DNA of 63,200 nucleotides, filler included, from Octopus bimaculoides (Eukaryota): NCBI RefSeq assembly GCF_001194135.2. It is 5 parts of 5 records of this genome, joined end to end, with 100 filler letters (N's around TTAATTAATTAA, not from the genome) between each part and the next. Parts side by side here need not be neighbours in the genome. Positions count along the whole stretch, not along the records: positions 1 to 27,969 come from NC_068985.1; positions 28,070 to 38,913 come from NC_068986.1; positions 39,014 to 49,827 come from NC_068981.1; 2 more parts are not named here. The stretch is one strand, 5' to 3'. Of this stretch, positions 26,999 through 39,443 are shown in pieces (within the stretch, counting starts at the first letter, position 1; every line of letters begins with the position of its first letter). The notes under the pieces were generated by a model. That model had not been told where the DNA came from, did not search any database, and worked only from the letters and a program-made list of their open reading frames with translations. The position numbers and the translations under genes are program-made.

Positions 26999-27098
26999 AA
27001 GAACAAGTTCATGGTGGTGATGATAATGAAAATGAAGAACTCAGCTCCTATTTGAAGTCTGGAGGGTTGAGCCCTGCCGAAATCACGGTGTATAACGG
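26999..27098 (+). CDS. Candidate internal coding exon (phase 1 to 2), unknown product
   Basis: (CT)n tract then aactaag|AA GAA...AAC GG|gtgagg; the only open frame encodes EEQVHGGDDNENEELSSYLKSGGLSPAEITVYNG. Confidence 0.6.
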
Positions 27099-27119
27099 GT
27101 GAGGTAACAACTGCAACAT

Positions 27120-27164
<45 letters not shown>

Positions 27165-27165
<1 letters not shown>

Positions 27166-27445
27166 TGAGACCCCTTCGGTCATGAACATAAGGTTGCACC
27201 TATAAAGTTACCCTCCGAGGCACAAGTCCGGGCAAGGTTGTTTATGGAAGGTCAGCAGTCGCCCATGCATACTAGCCTCTCCTCTCCACACCACCGATGT
27301 CATCCAAGGGAAAGGCAAAGGAGCCAATACAGCTTCACACCAGTGACGTCGCAACTCACTTCTACAGTGAAATAAAGTGTCTTGCTCAAGAACACGACAC
27401 GCATTCCGGTCCGCGGTTCGAGCTCACAACCTCACAATCGTAATA
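27165..27445 (-). mobile_element. tRNA-derived SINE fragment
   Basis: Minus strand has GTTGTGAGCTCGAACCGCGG (B-box-like) followed by GTGTTCTTGAGCAAGACAC, a CORE-like SINE motif also seen near 36900 and 61350. Confidence 0.65.
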
Positions 27446-27774
27446 TCGACGTAATATTTATCATTGGTGTAATTTTAATCGCATATATATATGTTAAAAC
27501 GCACATATTGTAAAATGTTTCGCTGCTTAAGTGTCGAGGTCTCTACTAGATATGTCAATATTAAATTCTGTGTACATCCTCGTCTTTTTTTGTTACGAAC
27601 GATTAAAGTGAACAAATACGACAATACTGATGACATTTATACAGGCTGATGTTGGCACAGTCTTAATGACTACAGGAATACTGCGAGCACACAAAAGTGT
27701 GAGAAAGCACAAATGCCATCCGTCCTTTGAGAAAATCGATTTACTGCATTGAGGTTTGCATTGGAAATGAAAGG

Positions 27775-27818
<44 letters not shown>

Positions 27819-27820
27819 AC

Positions 27821-27904
<84 letters not shown>

Positions 27905-27918
<14 letters not shown>

Positions 27919-27969
27919 TATTCAGACAAATACATAACAAAAATACCAGGACTTACAAATATATATAAC
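27905..27969 (+). mobile_element. R4-like LINE 3' fragment (same family as 49930-50220)
   Basis: aaaatattcagacaaatacataacaaaaataccaggacttacaaatatatataa is nearly identical to 49997-50050. Confidence 0.7.
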
Positions 27970-28069
27970 NNNNNNNNNNNNNNNNNNNNNNNNNNNNNNN
28001 NNNNNNNNNNNNNTTAATTAATTAANNNNNNNNNNNNNNNNNNNNNNNNNNNNNNNNNNNNNNNNNNNN
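27970..28069. other. Artificial assembly linker
   Basis: 44 N + TTAATTAATTAA (stops in all six frames) + 44 N. Confidence 0.95.
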
Positions 28070-28420
28070 GTAGTGCTTTTACCTGGCACGAACCCAAACT
28101 GCATCTCAATCTAACAGCTTGATGCCTCTGTAATTATTTGTATCTAACGCGTCACCTTTACCTTTGTAGCAGATGACTATGGTGCTGCTACACCAGTCAT
28201 TGGGTATGACTCTTTCGCGTATCACCTGGTTCGTAATACGGGTGACTAGGCTGTAGCCAACACTGCCAGATATTTTGAGCATCTCTGCAGTGATTCCTGA
28301 TGGGCCGGGGGCTTTCCCTGTCTTCATACTCTTAATTGCTTTATCTACCCTGGTACTGTCAACTCGGATAGCTGGTCCCTCTGTTGGGTCGACGTACGGC
28401 AGGCTCTCTTTCTTCCATTA
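28070..28420 (-). mobile_element. RTE-clade LINE RT fragment
   Basis: MKTGKAPGPSGITAEMLK...IPNDWCSSTIVICYKGKGDALDTNNYRGIKLLD. Confidence 0.9.
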
Positions 28421-29389
28421 TCTCTTTATTAAGCAATCTATCGTAGTGGCATCACATATATATGTGTATATGCACACGCACATACATATATATATATATA
28501 AATCTATATACATGCTTATGTTTATTTGATTATATGCGCGCATGCGCATGTGTATATATGTATTTATTTGTGTGCGTATACATTTGTGTCTGCCTGTTTA
28601 GGTGCGTGTGTCTGCATCCTTACAAACATGAGATGTCTTTCAAAATCATCAAGCTGCACATTAGCAATCGCCTTCATTTGTATGTATATATACATATATA
28701 NNNNNNNNNNTATATTATCAAATGCTTCTAAAATTTCTACAGGCCTTTTATTATGGTTTTCGTAAACATCCAGACAACAATTCGATGCTTTTGCATCTGA
28801 CTTCAGTTACTTCGTGTATTTCGACAGTATCAACAGAAATAAATTGTATAACTACCGAAGTACACATGCAGCGAGTATTCTATTGCATGAATATGAAAGA
28901 TTGAAAACAAACGATGTGGGAGGAGAAGTAGAAGTTTTCTAGTGACATTAACAGCTAAGATATTGGAAGTTGCTTCTGTAATTCTTAAAAAGATTCACTA
29001 GAAGTCTTACAAGTTTATTTTCTTTTTATGTTTTTTAACAACGCGTTCTTCTCTTTGATAGCAATACATTTGTTTAGTTACGTTATTTATGCATTTATTT
29101 ATTGCTAGATTTCCGTTTTCTGTGTTGAAATTTCCACCCTTTCACTGTAACTGAGCATTTAATTCCGATTGAATAGTGAACTACGTGGAATAATTCTTCT
29201 CACAAAACATTAGATTTTGTCTAAAAGAATTTTACAGAAGTTGTTTATGGTTTCGATGTTTTCTGTTGTGGTTGCATCGTAATTATTTTTTTTATTTATG
29301 ATTTGAGGTAGATAGTTCATTGGTTGGATCTCTGATGTTTCTCCTTCCAGAATGTTTCACAAACCATCACCCTGGATATACGTTACATG

Positions 29390-31090
29390 ATTTACGTAGG
29401 ATTGGATGTAATCTTGCTTCTCATACATCGTTTGCTACCCACCTATGATAACTCTCACTTCCACTCTCCCTTATCATGTAGTTCGAGTAATGAAGTCCAT
29501 GTCACAGCAAATGCTTTTCACACACTTCTCTATCAAGTCTCCCTAAGATTCATCACCCAAGTTCAGTTGTACACGAACAATCACATTCCGACTATTTACA
29601 AGCATATTTGAAGAACTTAATTCTGTAGTTTGAACATTCTCCCTTGAGATTGTTTGTAAATATGACAACCAATCAGTTCCAAAATTTTGTAGGAAATATT
29701 TGTTTATATTAAACGCTGCAAGTTCTCATGTATCAATGGTATAGACAGCCGATACTACAGCGAATACGTGGAGACAATTTTGCCTCGATACTAATACAGG
29801 TTTTGCACTGTAGCGGGTGACGACACCGGAAACGTCTGCAACTGTCTGCACCATCAGTGCAACTCACTCCACCATCCGAGAAATGTAAATGTTATCAATA
29901 CCTCTTCTCCACTTATCCCCAAATTTTCAATTTTTGCTTTTGCATTGAGATATGGTGACAAACTTGTTCGAATAATATGAGTTTTCTTGCAGCTGATTCG
30001 AAGTTTAAATTTATTTCTTGTACATTCTTTTTGGTGGCTTAACAGTGAAATATCATTCGCAAAGCATGTTTCCTTTATCACTATTTTATTCCTTAATCTA
30101 AATTGTTCGTAGTATTTTTCATAAGGAGAAAGGGAGAATGAAGAAGAAATCACCTGTCATAATGTCAAACATCTAAGTGCTCCTATTTTGTGTCCTGGTA
30201 CAACTGAAAGGATGTTGGTACAGTGACCTGGAAATATTGTAAACTTTCCTTGTACCCGTTAAAATCATACAGACTTCCTTTTGACATGTTTAGAGTTCAC
30301 AACATTGTTCCATAATGTTATTACCAGCTGAAATTTTACTCGTTACAGACTCTGTTACTACAAAATCAGTTTTCTATCGTCCAGGGAGGCGGCAGCCTAA
30401 TTGACTTCTTAGTCTGTTCACAACCTCAAAAACACATTCCAAACACCAGTGTGGTACCTCTCCAGTTGTTGCAATTACTGATGTGTCCCTTCTTTAATAG
30501 AGTTCTGCAAAATCCGTAAAATCCAGTTCTGCAAATCACATCAACTAGAAGAGATATATAGAACTCTATATAAAACTATCCTATCTACGTTTCAGTAAAT
30601 CTGAAGGGTTATTACGCAATTTAGTTGCCTTATTTTTCATTTGGTGTTTAATAGCAAAATCTCAGTAAACCTTAATGACTTTTGCCCTGTAATGTTATCT
30701 TGTGTTACATAGAATTGAATGGCATTTCCTTTATGTTCAGAATCAAAATCAATGCATGTCAGTGACAAACTGACAAGTCCCTAAAACTATTCAACTAATC
30801 GCGTAGTATTTATATTCGTTCCTTGGCCTACCTCTTTCAGCATTTATTTCATATAGTTTCTTAGACATGAATGTCTGTTGACCTCTGTGCTTTACAGCTT
30901 GTGGCCTCGAGCAGTTGCTTTTGTCTTTCCAGTCACTTCGTTTGAAATATTTATGCAGATATCTGTAGTTTTCATCTTCAACTTAGATCTTTCAAAATTC
31001 CAGTTTGATGTCTTCGACTTTCGCATTTGAACTTCGTTGTCATATGATTGATACCATCAGTCCGCTAACCTCGATTGCGAACCATTTTCC
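29390..31090 (-). mobile_element. Degenerate RTE-type LINE relic
   Basis: KKGHISNCNNWRGTTL and CFANDISLLSH...KLRISCKKTHII...FTFLG correspond to RT motifs (YADD region decayed). Confidence 0.65.
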
Positions 31091-31277
31091 TGCCACTAAC
31101 TTCTTGAACGTAGGCAGTAATATATAGCACACACAACGGGAACACACACACACACACAACGGGAACACACACACACACACACAACGGGAACACACACACA
31201 CACACACTGAAATGCGCATAGGTATAAGGCATATATACTTATACACGTGGGGGAGGTGTAGCTAAATATCTATATCT

Positions 31278-31441
<164 letters not shown>

Positions 31442-32146
31442 CAATATATATGCATATATACACGCATAAGCATATATGCGTGTGATTGCATACACACGAG
31501 GCACACAAAGACATATATGTATATTCTTTTATTTTCTTACTTGTGTCAGTCATTTGACTACAGCCATGCTGGAGCACCACCTTCAGGCGAACAAATCGAC
31601 CCCAGGACTTATTAGTTATAAGACTATGCCGAACAGCTACATTACGGGGACGTAAACACACAAAACATCGGATATCGAGCGATGGAGAGGGGACAAACAC
31701 TGACACATAAATATAAATATATACGAGGAGCTTGTTTCAGTTTCCGGCTACCAAATCTAGTCACAAGGCTTTGGCCGGCTCGAGGCTATGGTAGAAAACA
31801 CGTGGCCAGTGGGACTGAACCCGGAAGCATGTGGTTGGGAAGGAAGCTTCTTACCACACAGCCACACCTGAGACTATATATATGAATTATATTTGTACAT
31901 TTTTATATGTATTTCTATATATATTTTTATATACGTAGTGTATTTCGTAACGCCTGTGTTAGAATGGGGCAACTGATGAAGGAGATGTTCTCTATGTGGC
32001 CTGCTTGTTTTCTGAACTCGTTTATCATTTTGTCTACGCTTTGTTTGCAATGTCCTCTACCCAGATATGCATCTATATATACAGGTAGATATAAGTATGT
32101 ACATACATGTACGTATATATGCATATATTCATTTATTATTTGTATT

Positions 32147-32177
<31 letters not shown>

Positions 32178-32634
32178 CATATATATATATGCGTGTGTGT
32201 GTCTGCGCTTGCGTGCGCGCGAGTGTGTTTTCAGATACCCGTATATTTGTGAATGTGCTTGTGACTGTACGCGTAATTCGGTTGTTACATTGAATTAACT
32301 TTCGAAATAAGCTATATTTTAGTTCTTCTTACAGCCCAGCCCACATGTGGTGTTCCTGTTTATTTCTAAATCCCTATAAACTCTAATCATTGACCAAACT
32401 TACGAGGAAGGCGTTCTAACTCCGGCTCACTCGTATTTCAGTGCGCGTTTGTCTTCGTATCTATGTGTATACGTGTATGTGTATGTGCATGCGTACGTGA
32501 GTTTGTGAGTGAGAGTGCGTATGTGTGTGTGTATGAGTGCATGTATGTGTATGTTGTGTATGGTTTAGAGAGACTGACAGTTCCTGAGAATGCTTTAATA
32601 AACAATTCTTCTTAATCTTTTTTTTTTTAAATAG

Positions 32635-32650
32635 CCGCGTGGGAATTCAG
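32635..32650 (+). CDS. Candidate 16-nt micro-exon
   Basis: tcttttttttttttaaatag|CCGCGTGGGAATTCAG|gtaaat; strong acceptor and donor around a GC-rich island. Reading frame unresolved. Confidence 0.5.
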
Positions 32651-33048
32651 GTAAATATAAATATGATTCCTAGAAGGTCAAGCAACCATCGTCTTAAATG
32701 ACGGTGAGCCGATACGAGGAGATAATTTAAGAAATCCACATTATATACATCATTATTGTTCGAATAATCACGCGAAGCAAACAGAAAACACAGCGCTGGA
32801 GTAGTCGCACTCTCTGATAGCAGACGCGGAGGATGAAGTTGTATAAACAGACACATGCTTCAATTCTATTCTGATGACACAGCACTGAAATAGATATAAA
32901 TATAAATAGATACAAAAATACAAGCACCTACATACATACATACATACATACATACATACATACATACATACATACGTACATACATACGTACATACATACG
33001 TACATACGTANNNNNNNNNNTACGTACATACATACGTACATACGTACG

Positions 33049-33088
<40 letters not shown>

Positions 33089-33409
33089 TATATACGTGCA
33101 TAATTACATACGTATATACATACATACATACATACATACAGAAACACACACGCATATACATAAATACTTCACGTTATATTTTATATATACTGAATGTAGT
33201 CATGTGTGGTACATACAGGCTCACACATACTCACGCACATACACACATATATATCTTCATATGATTAATCGACTGATCGTTAGTCTATAAAATAATATGA
33301 ATCTGTGAATATATTGTAATTAAAAATACATATGGTTTACATATACATACAGGCACACACACACACACACACACACATGTATGTTTCATAGACACCAGTG
33401 TATTTCAGA

Positions 33410-33508
<99 letters not shown>

Positions 33509-33523
33509 CAGACAGACATACAT

Positions 33524-33557
<34 letters not shown>

Positions 33558-33594
33558 GGACAGACATATAGACAGACAGACAGACAGACAGAGC

Positions 33595-33642
<48 letters not shown>

Positions 33643-34275
33643 TTGATAAAGGTATATATATATATATATATTTATTTATTTATATTTATATTACATATTG
33701 TAATAGTGCAGTAGTAATAGCAGCAGTAGCACAGTGACTGCATAAAAAGGCATTTTGTTTTGGTAGGGGACACCAAGCCATCGATTCCATCAATTACACT
33801 ATAACCTTTGACATCAATTATTGAACGTTAGTATAGAAAGAGGCTCTTACAACTTTAGCGCAGACAGCAAAAGTTTACATCTTCAAATCCGCCTCCGCCT
33901 TCCTCTCTCCTACCACGTTCTTGCCCTCCTCTCTTCCACGTGTTCTGTCTCTCTGTCTCTCTCTTTCTTTCTCTCTCTCCCTCTCTCTGCATCTATCTAT
34001 CTATCTATCTATCTTTCTATCTATCCTCTCTCTGCATATATATTCATACACACAGACACTCACACGTACACATATATAGTGTCAGTGAATGTGTGTCCGG
34101 ACAGTGTAATGTGATATCTATGTGGGCGCGTGTGTGTGTGTGTGTGTCGATGCCAACAGACTGATTTTCACGAAGGATATAACAAAGATGTGCACCATTA
34201 TTAGATTGCTCTGATACGGCATTTACCGAGAATATATATACATACACTCACACAAATACGGACACGAACACTCAC

Positions 34276-34322
<47 letters not shown>

Positions 34323-34811
34323 NNNNNNNNNNNNNNNNNNNNNNNNNNNNNNNNNNNNNNNNNNNNNNNNNNNNNNNNNNNNNNNNNNNNNNNNNNNNNN
34401 NNNNNNNNNNNNNNNNNNNNNNNNNNNNNNNNNNNNNNNNNNNNNNNNNNNNNNNNNNNNNNNNNNNNNNNNNNNNNNNNNNNNNNNNNNNNNNNNNNNN
34501 NNNNNNNNNNNNNNNNNNNNNNNNNNNNNNNNNNNNNNNNNNNNNNNNNNNNNNNNNNNNNNNNNNNNNNNNNNNNNNNNNNNNNNNNNNNNNNNNNNNN
34601 NNNNNNNNNNNNNNNNNNNNNNNNNNNNNNNNNNNNNNNNNNNNNNNNNNNNNNNNNNNNNNNNNNNNNNNNNNNNNNNNNNNNNNNNNNNNNNNNNNNN
34701 NNNNNNNNNNNNNNNNNNNNNNNNNNNNNNNNNNNNNNNNNNNNNNNNNNNNNNNNNNNNATATATATATATATACTAGGGTAAAGTCTGACATTTAGTA
34801 TTTCCTGTAAG

Positions 34812-34850
34812 GAATCGATTTACGTTCGGATACTTTGATTACAGCACACG
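34812..34850 (+). CDS. Candidate 39-nt coding exon (phase 2 to 2)
   Basis: tatttcctgtaag|G AAT CGA...ACA CG|gtaagt (consensus donor); encodes NRFTFGYFDYST(R); phase fits exon 35391. An alternative acceptor would start the exon at 34799. Confidence 0.6.
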
Positions 34851-35390
34851 GTAAGTCTTCGTAACTATTTTTGTTTTTATTACCAACTTTTATTCTCGTT
34901 CGCTTTCTCACTCTCACGTTTCATTTCAATTCAGGAAATACCTCTTTTATTTCAAAATCTCACTTTTATTTTCATTCTTACCATGTCTTTTCTTACCTTT
35001 TGTTCCACATTTTCGTTCTTTAACTCCATTCTCTTTTCTTTCTCTCTTTTTTTGTTACTTTCTGGCTTCTCTTTATCAACTTTTACTCCTATTCCCGTCT
35101 TTTATTCCACTTCTAATCTTTTATTCCAATTCTAATTCTTTATTCACATTTACTACCTTTTATTCCAAATTGTCGTCTGGTATTTCACAAGCAGGTTTTA
35201 TTCCTTTTCTTATCATTCCACACGCTCTTCTTATTTATATTTATTATTTTTGGATGACTTTATCCCCATACTCATATTATATTTCTTAATCTCATTCTCA
35301 AGTTTCTCTCTTCATTTTTTTTCTTTTTCTTTTAACAATAAGTATTAAAAAAGGATGAAGTAAAATTAAGCTGCATTTTAATTTTATCAG

Positions 35391-35433
35391 AGTTGATCTA
35401 GAAGTTTATAGACGTGAATTGAAGGCTACACCG
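35391..35433 (+). CDS. Candidate 43-nt coding exon (phase 2 to 0)
   Basis: cattttaattttatcag|A GTT GAT...ACA CCG|gtatga; the only open frame encodes VDLEVYRRELKATP. Confidence 0.6.
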
Positions 35434-35840
35434 GTATGACTAACGTATGTATATATATCGTGTGCATATCCATCTATCTATCCCTAAACACAGAGATACA
35501 TAAATGCATGCACACATACATACACACGTATATATATACATACATGCGTACTCACTTACATATGTGTAATTATGTAGGCATATATATGCACATACATAAA
35601 TGCATACATATCGCGTCGTGGATCTCCGTCGTTTGACGATAAAGATTCAAGCATTCGCTTGCATGCGTAACTAACTCCTGAATTAACATGTAAAGTGGTA
35701 GCGCATCCAACTGACATGTGTACCATAAACATAATTCTCGGGTAGAATCAGTGTAACACAGTGACAAGGCTGTGCCTTTGGACATTTTTTAACCATCCAC
35801 CTGACGGGCTTCTATACAGTCTTCATTTAATTAATTTCAG

Positions 35841-35873
35841 GAGCATGTTATGGGTCTACCTAAAGTTAGCAAA
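35841..35873 (+). CDS. Candidate 33-nt coding exon (phase 0 to 0)
   Basis: catttaattaatttcag|GAG CAT...AGC AAA|gtacgt; encodes EHVMGLPKVSK. It abuts SINE-like sequence, hence lower confidence. Confidence 0.4.
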
Positions 35874-35964
35874 GTACGTCTGGGGAAGAGCCTACGCGAT
35901 GTGCACGAAATTGGAGTTGCGAAGCAAAGTTTTTAATTATTCGAGTGTACTTCGCATATTGTGT

Positions 35965-36420
35965 GTATATGGGCAGGTATGGCCGTGTGGTTCAGAAGTT
36001 TGCCTTGCAACCACATGATTTCGGCATCAGTGCCACTGCGCGACACCTAGGGTGTCTTCCACAATAGGGTCCGACTGACCAATAGTTTGAGAGTGAATTT
36101 GGTAGACTGAAACTGTGCGGAAGACCGTCGTGTAATATATATGTATAAATGTGTATATGTGTGTGTCTGTGTGTCTTTGTGTCTTTGTCTTTGTGTGTGT
36201 GTGTTTGTGTGTTTGTTTGCCATCATCCCCACATAACTTGAGAAGCGGTATTGGTTTGTTTACGTCAACGTAAATTAAATTGTTTGGCAAAAATAGGGTG
36301 ACGGAATAAATGCCAGTTTAAAAATAAAAACAGGAGTCAATCTGTTCAACTTTTCACAGCGGTACCGCAGCATGGTTTCAGTTCAATGACTGAAAGAACT
36401 AAAAGTTAAAAAGTAATGGA
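35965..36420 (+). mobile_element. Second SINE family with an internal microsatellite (representative copy)
   Basis: tRNA-like head tggccgtgtggttcagaag..., (TA/TG)n core and tail ...gcatgg...cagttcaatgactgaaa; homologous copies near 24862, 31535, 40620, 53040, 59270 and 60200. Confidence 0.75.
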
Positions 36421-36444
36421 TAAAAGATTCATACATTACTCTCT

Positions 36445-36501
<57 letters not shown>

Positions 36502-37045
36502 ACGCTCACACATCACCGCACGCTGATTCTCTTGTATATACTTTTACCCAAAACCAGGAACTTTACAGTACCCCCTCGTATACATGTATGATTATGTATC
36601 TGTATGTGTGCGTGTGTGAGTGACATGCCAGTATTGTTCCGGCTATTTCAATCTGAGTTCAAATCACCACGCTGTGGTATATTCAGGTGGTTGAGCTTAT
36701 CCATGCCCCAGTTTAATCACCTAGCAATTTCGATAACTTTAAGGAGGCGTCTACCCCGTTGCAAGCATTCGGTCCGGATTTCTCCAGTCACAAAATACGT
36801 AGACACTCAGCACGCTCAACTTACTGGAACATCAGGAAGTGATTGCTGAAGGGAGAGAAACCTGCATAAATATGAGGCTGCCACAAAGTTTTGGCTAAGA
36901 GGCTAAAGCAATGTCTTGCTCCGGGACACACAGCGTCGCCTGGTCCAGGAATCGAAACCACAAACTTGTATTCGTGAGCCAAACACGCTGACGACTAGAC
37001 CACGTTGCTTCAGTTATGAGTTATGTATGCATGTGCATGCGATGC

Positions 37046-37102
<57 letters not shown>

Positions 37103-37338
37103 TGCGANNNNNNNNNNNNNNNNNNNNNNNNNNNNNNNNNNNNNNNNNNNNNNNNNNNNNNNNNNNNNNNNNNNNNNNNNNNNNNNNNNNNNNNNNNNNN
37201 NNNNNNNNNNNNNNNNNNNNNNNNNNNNNNNNNNNNNNNNNNNNNNNNNNNNNNNNNNNNNNNNNNNNNNNNNNNNNNNNNNNNNNNNNNNNNNNNNNNN
37301 NNNNNNNNNNNNNNNNNNNNNNNNNNNNNNNNNNNNNN

Positions 37339-37437
<99 letters not shown>

Positions 37438-37505
37438 AATGTGCTATGTATGTGGGGGGCTTGTGGTGGCAGCATGGAAGAATGCTAAAGAGTTTCGCTT
37501 TTCAG

Positions 37506-37537
37506 ACCCAAAGTAGAGGATCCTCTTCCACAGCGAG
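37506..37537 (+). CDS. Candidate coding exon (phase 0 in) with three tandem alternative donors
   Basis: gtttcgcttttcag|ACC CAA...GCG AG|gtatct; encodes TQSRGSSSTA; the donor is repeated so the exon could also end at 37554 or 37571. Confidence 0.45.
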
Positions 37538-37583
37538 GTATCTTCCACAGCGAGGTATCTTCCACAGCGAGGTATCTTCCACA
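37524..37583 (+). repeat. 17-bp tandem repeat, 3.5 copies
   Basis: TCTTCCACAGCGAGGTA x3 plus TCTTCCACA, all exact. Confidence 0.95.
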
Positions 37584-37789
37584 AGTCTATTTTTCTAAAT
37601 CCATGGGTTGACCCGTGTGCTGTGAGAGAAACCACGCAGACGAAAATCGTGTAGTATCCTGTCGGCTAATTAGAACCTGTAATATAAAACTGTAATCTTG
37701 AGACTGTGTCGCGCTAATTCTAGCTGACACTTGCATTAAGGTAGACAGTCCTGTGAAAAACTCAGCAGCCTGCTCGTTCATTTATTGAC

Positions 37790-38830
37790 CCTCGTAGTTT
37801 AATTAATCTCATGACCGAAAATTCATTATCGGAAACTTTGACCCATATTTATTTACTGTACATACAGATATCCACATATGCATAGATACATAGATGAATG
37901 CAGTCATATATATACAAAGATTTTCGACAGGGTTGAGATCCGGAGATGTTGGTGGCCACACCTTGTATGCCATAAGACTCTAGTAATATTTGGGTGGTCC
38001 TAGCAGAGTGGGAAGGAGCATTGTCATGCATGAATACGAGATTTCTTAGAACTGTCTGCGGTATGTCATCTAACCTGGGATCCAAGACCGCCTTCAGGGA
38101 ATGGAATTAGGTGGCTGCGGTCACTTTAGACCCCTTGATTCACTCTGATTGGGCCCCAATGAAACCAGCGCACAATATGACTCCTCCACCCAGTTGTTGA
38201 TGTAGTAAACGTTGGTGACGCTTATCTCCAAAATAGTCCCAACCATTTGCCCAACCGTCAGGTCCGTCAAGGGTCAACCTGGTTTCGTCAGTAAACAGAA
38301 AACAACTCATGCCTAACGTCATGTGTTTTTGGGTCCATTGAAGCCTCAAACTCCTGTTAAAGGAGGCAGTTTCAGGGATTCTCGTACAGACGCCATTGTC
38401 CCGAGGATGCGATTTCTGGTGGTCTTTGGTACCTGAGGAATTCCGGAGGCAGTGAAAATGGCTTTGCTTGTTTTGCCAGGTTTCCCATGTAACTTGCGGC
38501 CAATATTTCTTAAATCCCTAGCTGTTACAGTCTTGGTGGTCCCACAATCGGATCGTTTCTTCCTTGGCGAAAGGTCTTTCAGGAATCGTCTAACCGTGTC
38601 CACATGACGACCTAACTTCTCCGCAATGACATGAAGAGAGATGCTATTAGCACTTCCCTTGATGATGACAGACTTTTCCTCATCGTTAAGGCCTTTCCAC
38701 GTGCCAATGTTCTTAGGGAGGAGAGATGGTATTAGCGTGCTTCACCCCAAAACTGAAATTTGAAATAAAAAAAAAGGACGTGCGCAGAATAATGAAAAGA
38801 CAACAATGGTGTTTCCATATGGTACAATCC
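37790..38830 (-). mobile_element. Tc1-family transposase relic
   Basis: TVRRFLK..RKKRSDCG.TKTVTARDLR, FLFTDETRLTLDGPDG, GGVILCAG and VFMHDNAPSHSAR (Tc1 DDE motifs); frameshifted. Confidence 0.85.
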
Positions 38831-38913
38831 AGGTGGGAAAAGCTTTATCACAATCGATTCACAAAAAAAAAAACGAGAAATCATAAGCTATTAGCGTATA
38901 TATATATATATAT

Positions 38914-39013
38914 NNNNNNNNNNNNNNNNNNNNNNNNNNNNNNNNNNNNNNNNNNNNTTAATTAATTAANNNNNNNNNNNNNNNNNNNNNNNNNNNNNNN
39001 NNNNNNNNNNNNN
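38914..39013. other. Artificial assembly linker
   Basis: 44 N + TTAATTAATTAA + 44 N. Confidence 0.95.
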
Positions 39014-39057
39014 TACTGAATCATGTTGTAGGGCTGTTCAGAAAAGTAAACGACAAA

Positions 39058-39329
39058 AATTAAACCTGGAAAAGTAGAGGACAAGAAAAATCTCTTTAAA
39101 CTTAGAGCTTAAAATATTGCTGCTAAAATTAGAATTTAAAATTTTTTATTAATTCATTTAGTACAAAAAATAAAATTAAAATAAAAAAGAAAAAGTGAAA
39201 TTAATCGAATTTTTAAAAAAATATGAAAAAGTACCTAAGTGGTACTTTTTAATATTAATTTTAGCATTAATATTTTAAGTTCAAATTTTAATGAGTTTTT
39301 TCTCGTCCTCTACTTTTCCAGGTTTAATT
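39058..39329. mobile_element. Foldback MITE with long imperfect terminal inverted repeats
   Basis: aattaaacctggaaaagtagaggacaaga (39058-39086) matches the reverse complement of 39301-39329 with 1 mismatch; imperfect arms continue for roughly 90 bp. Confidence 0.8.
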
Positions 39330-39443
39330 GTTAAGAATATTGTTAGTATGCGTCCGCATTTTTCATTGGCTAGTACTATTATCTGTTGCCATCATTGTGC
39401 CAGAAGCTCAATTCTACGCTTAAACCATTTGATTGATTTAGAG

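Noticed and set aside
32868-32895. CTGATGA...GAAA hammerhead-like string
   Set aside because: No stem II or stem I pairing.
34812-34850. Alternative frame IDLRSDTL resembling the threonine aldolase N-terminal motif
   Set aside because: The match is short, no other aldolase motifs are present, and the next exon (35391) is open only in the phase that selects the other frame.
37524-37583. CRISPR-like direct repeats
   Set aside because: The units are contiguous with no spacers, there are no cas genes, and the context is eukaryotic.
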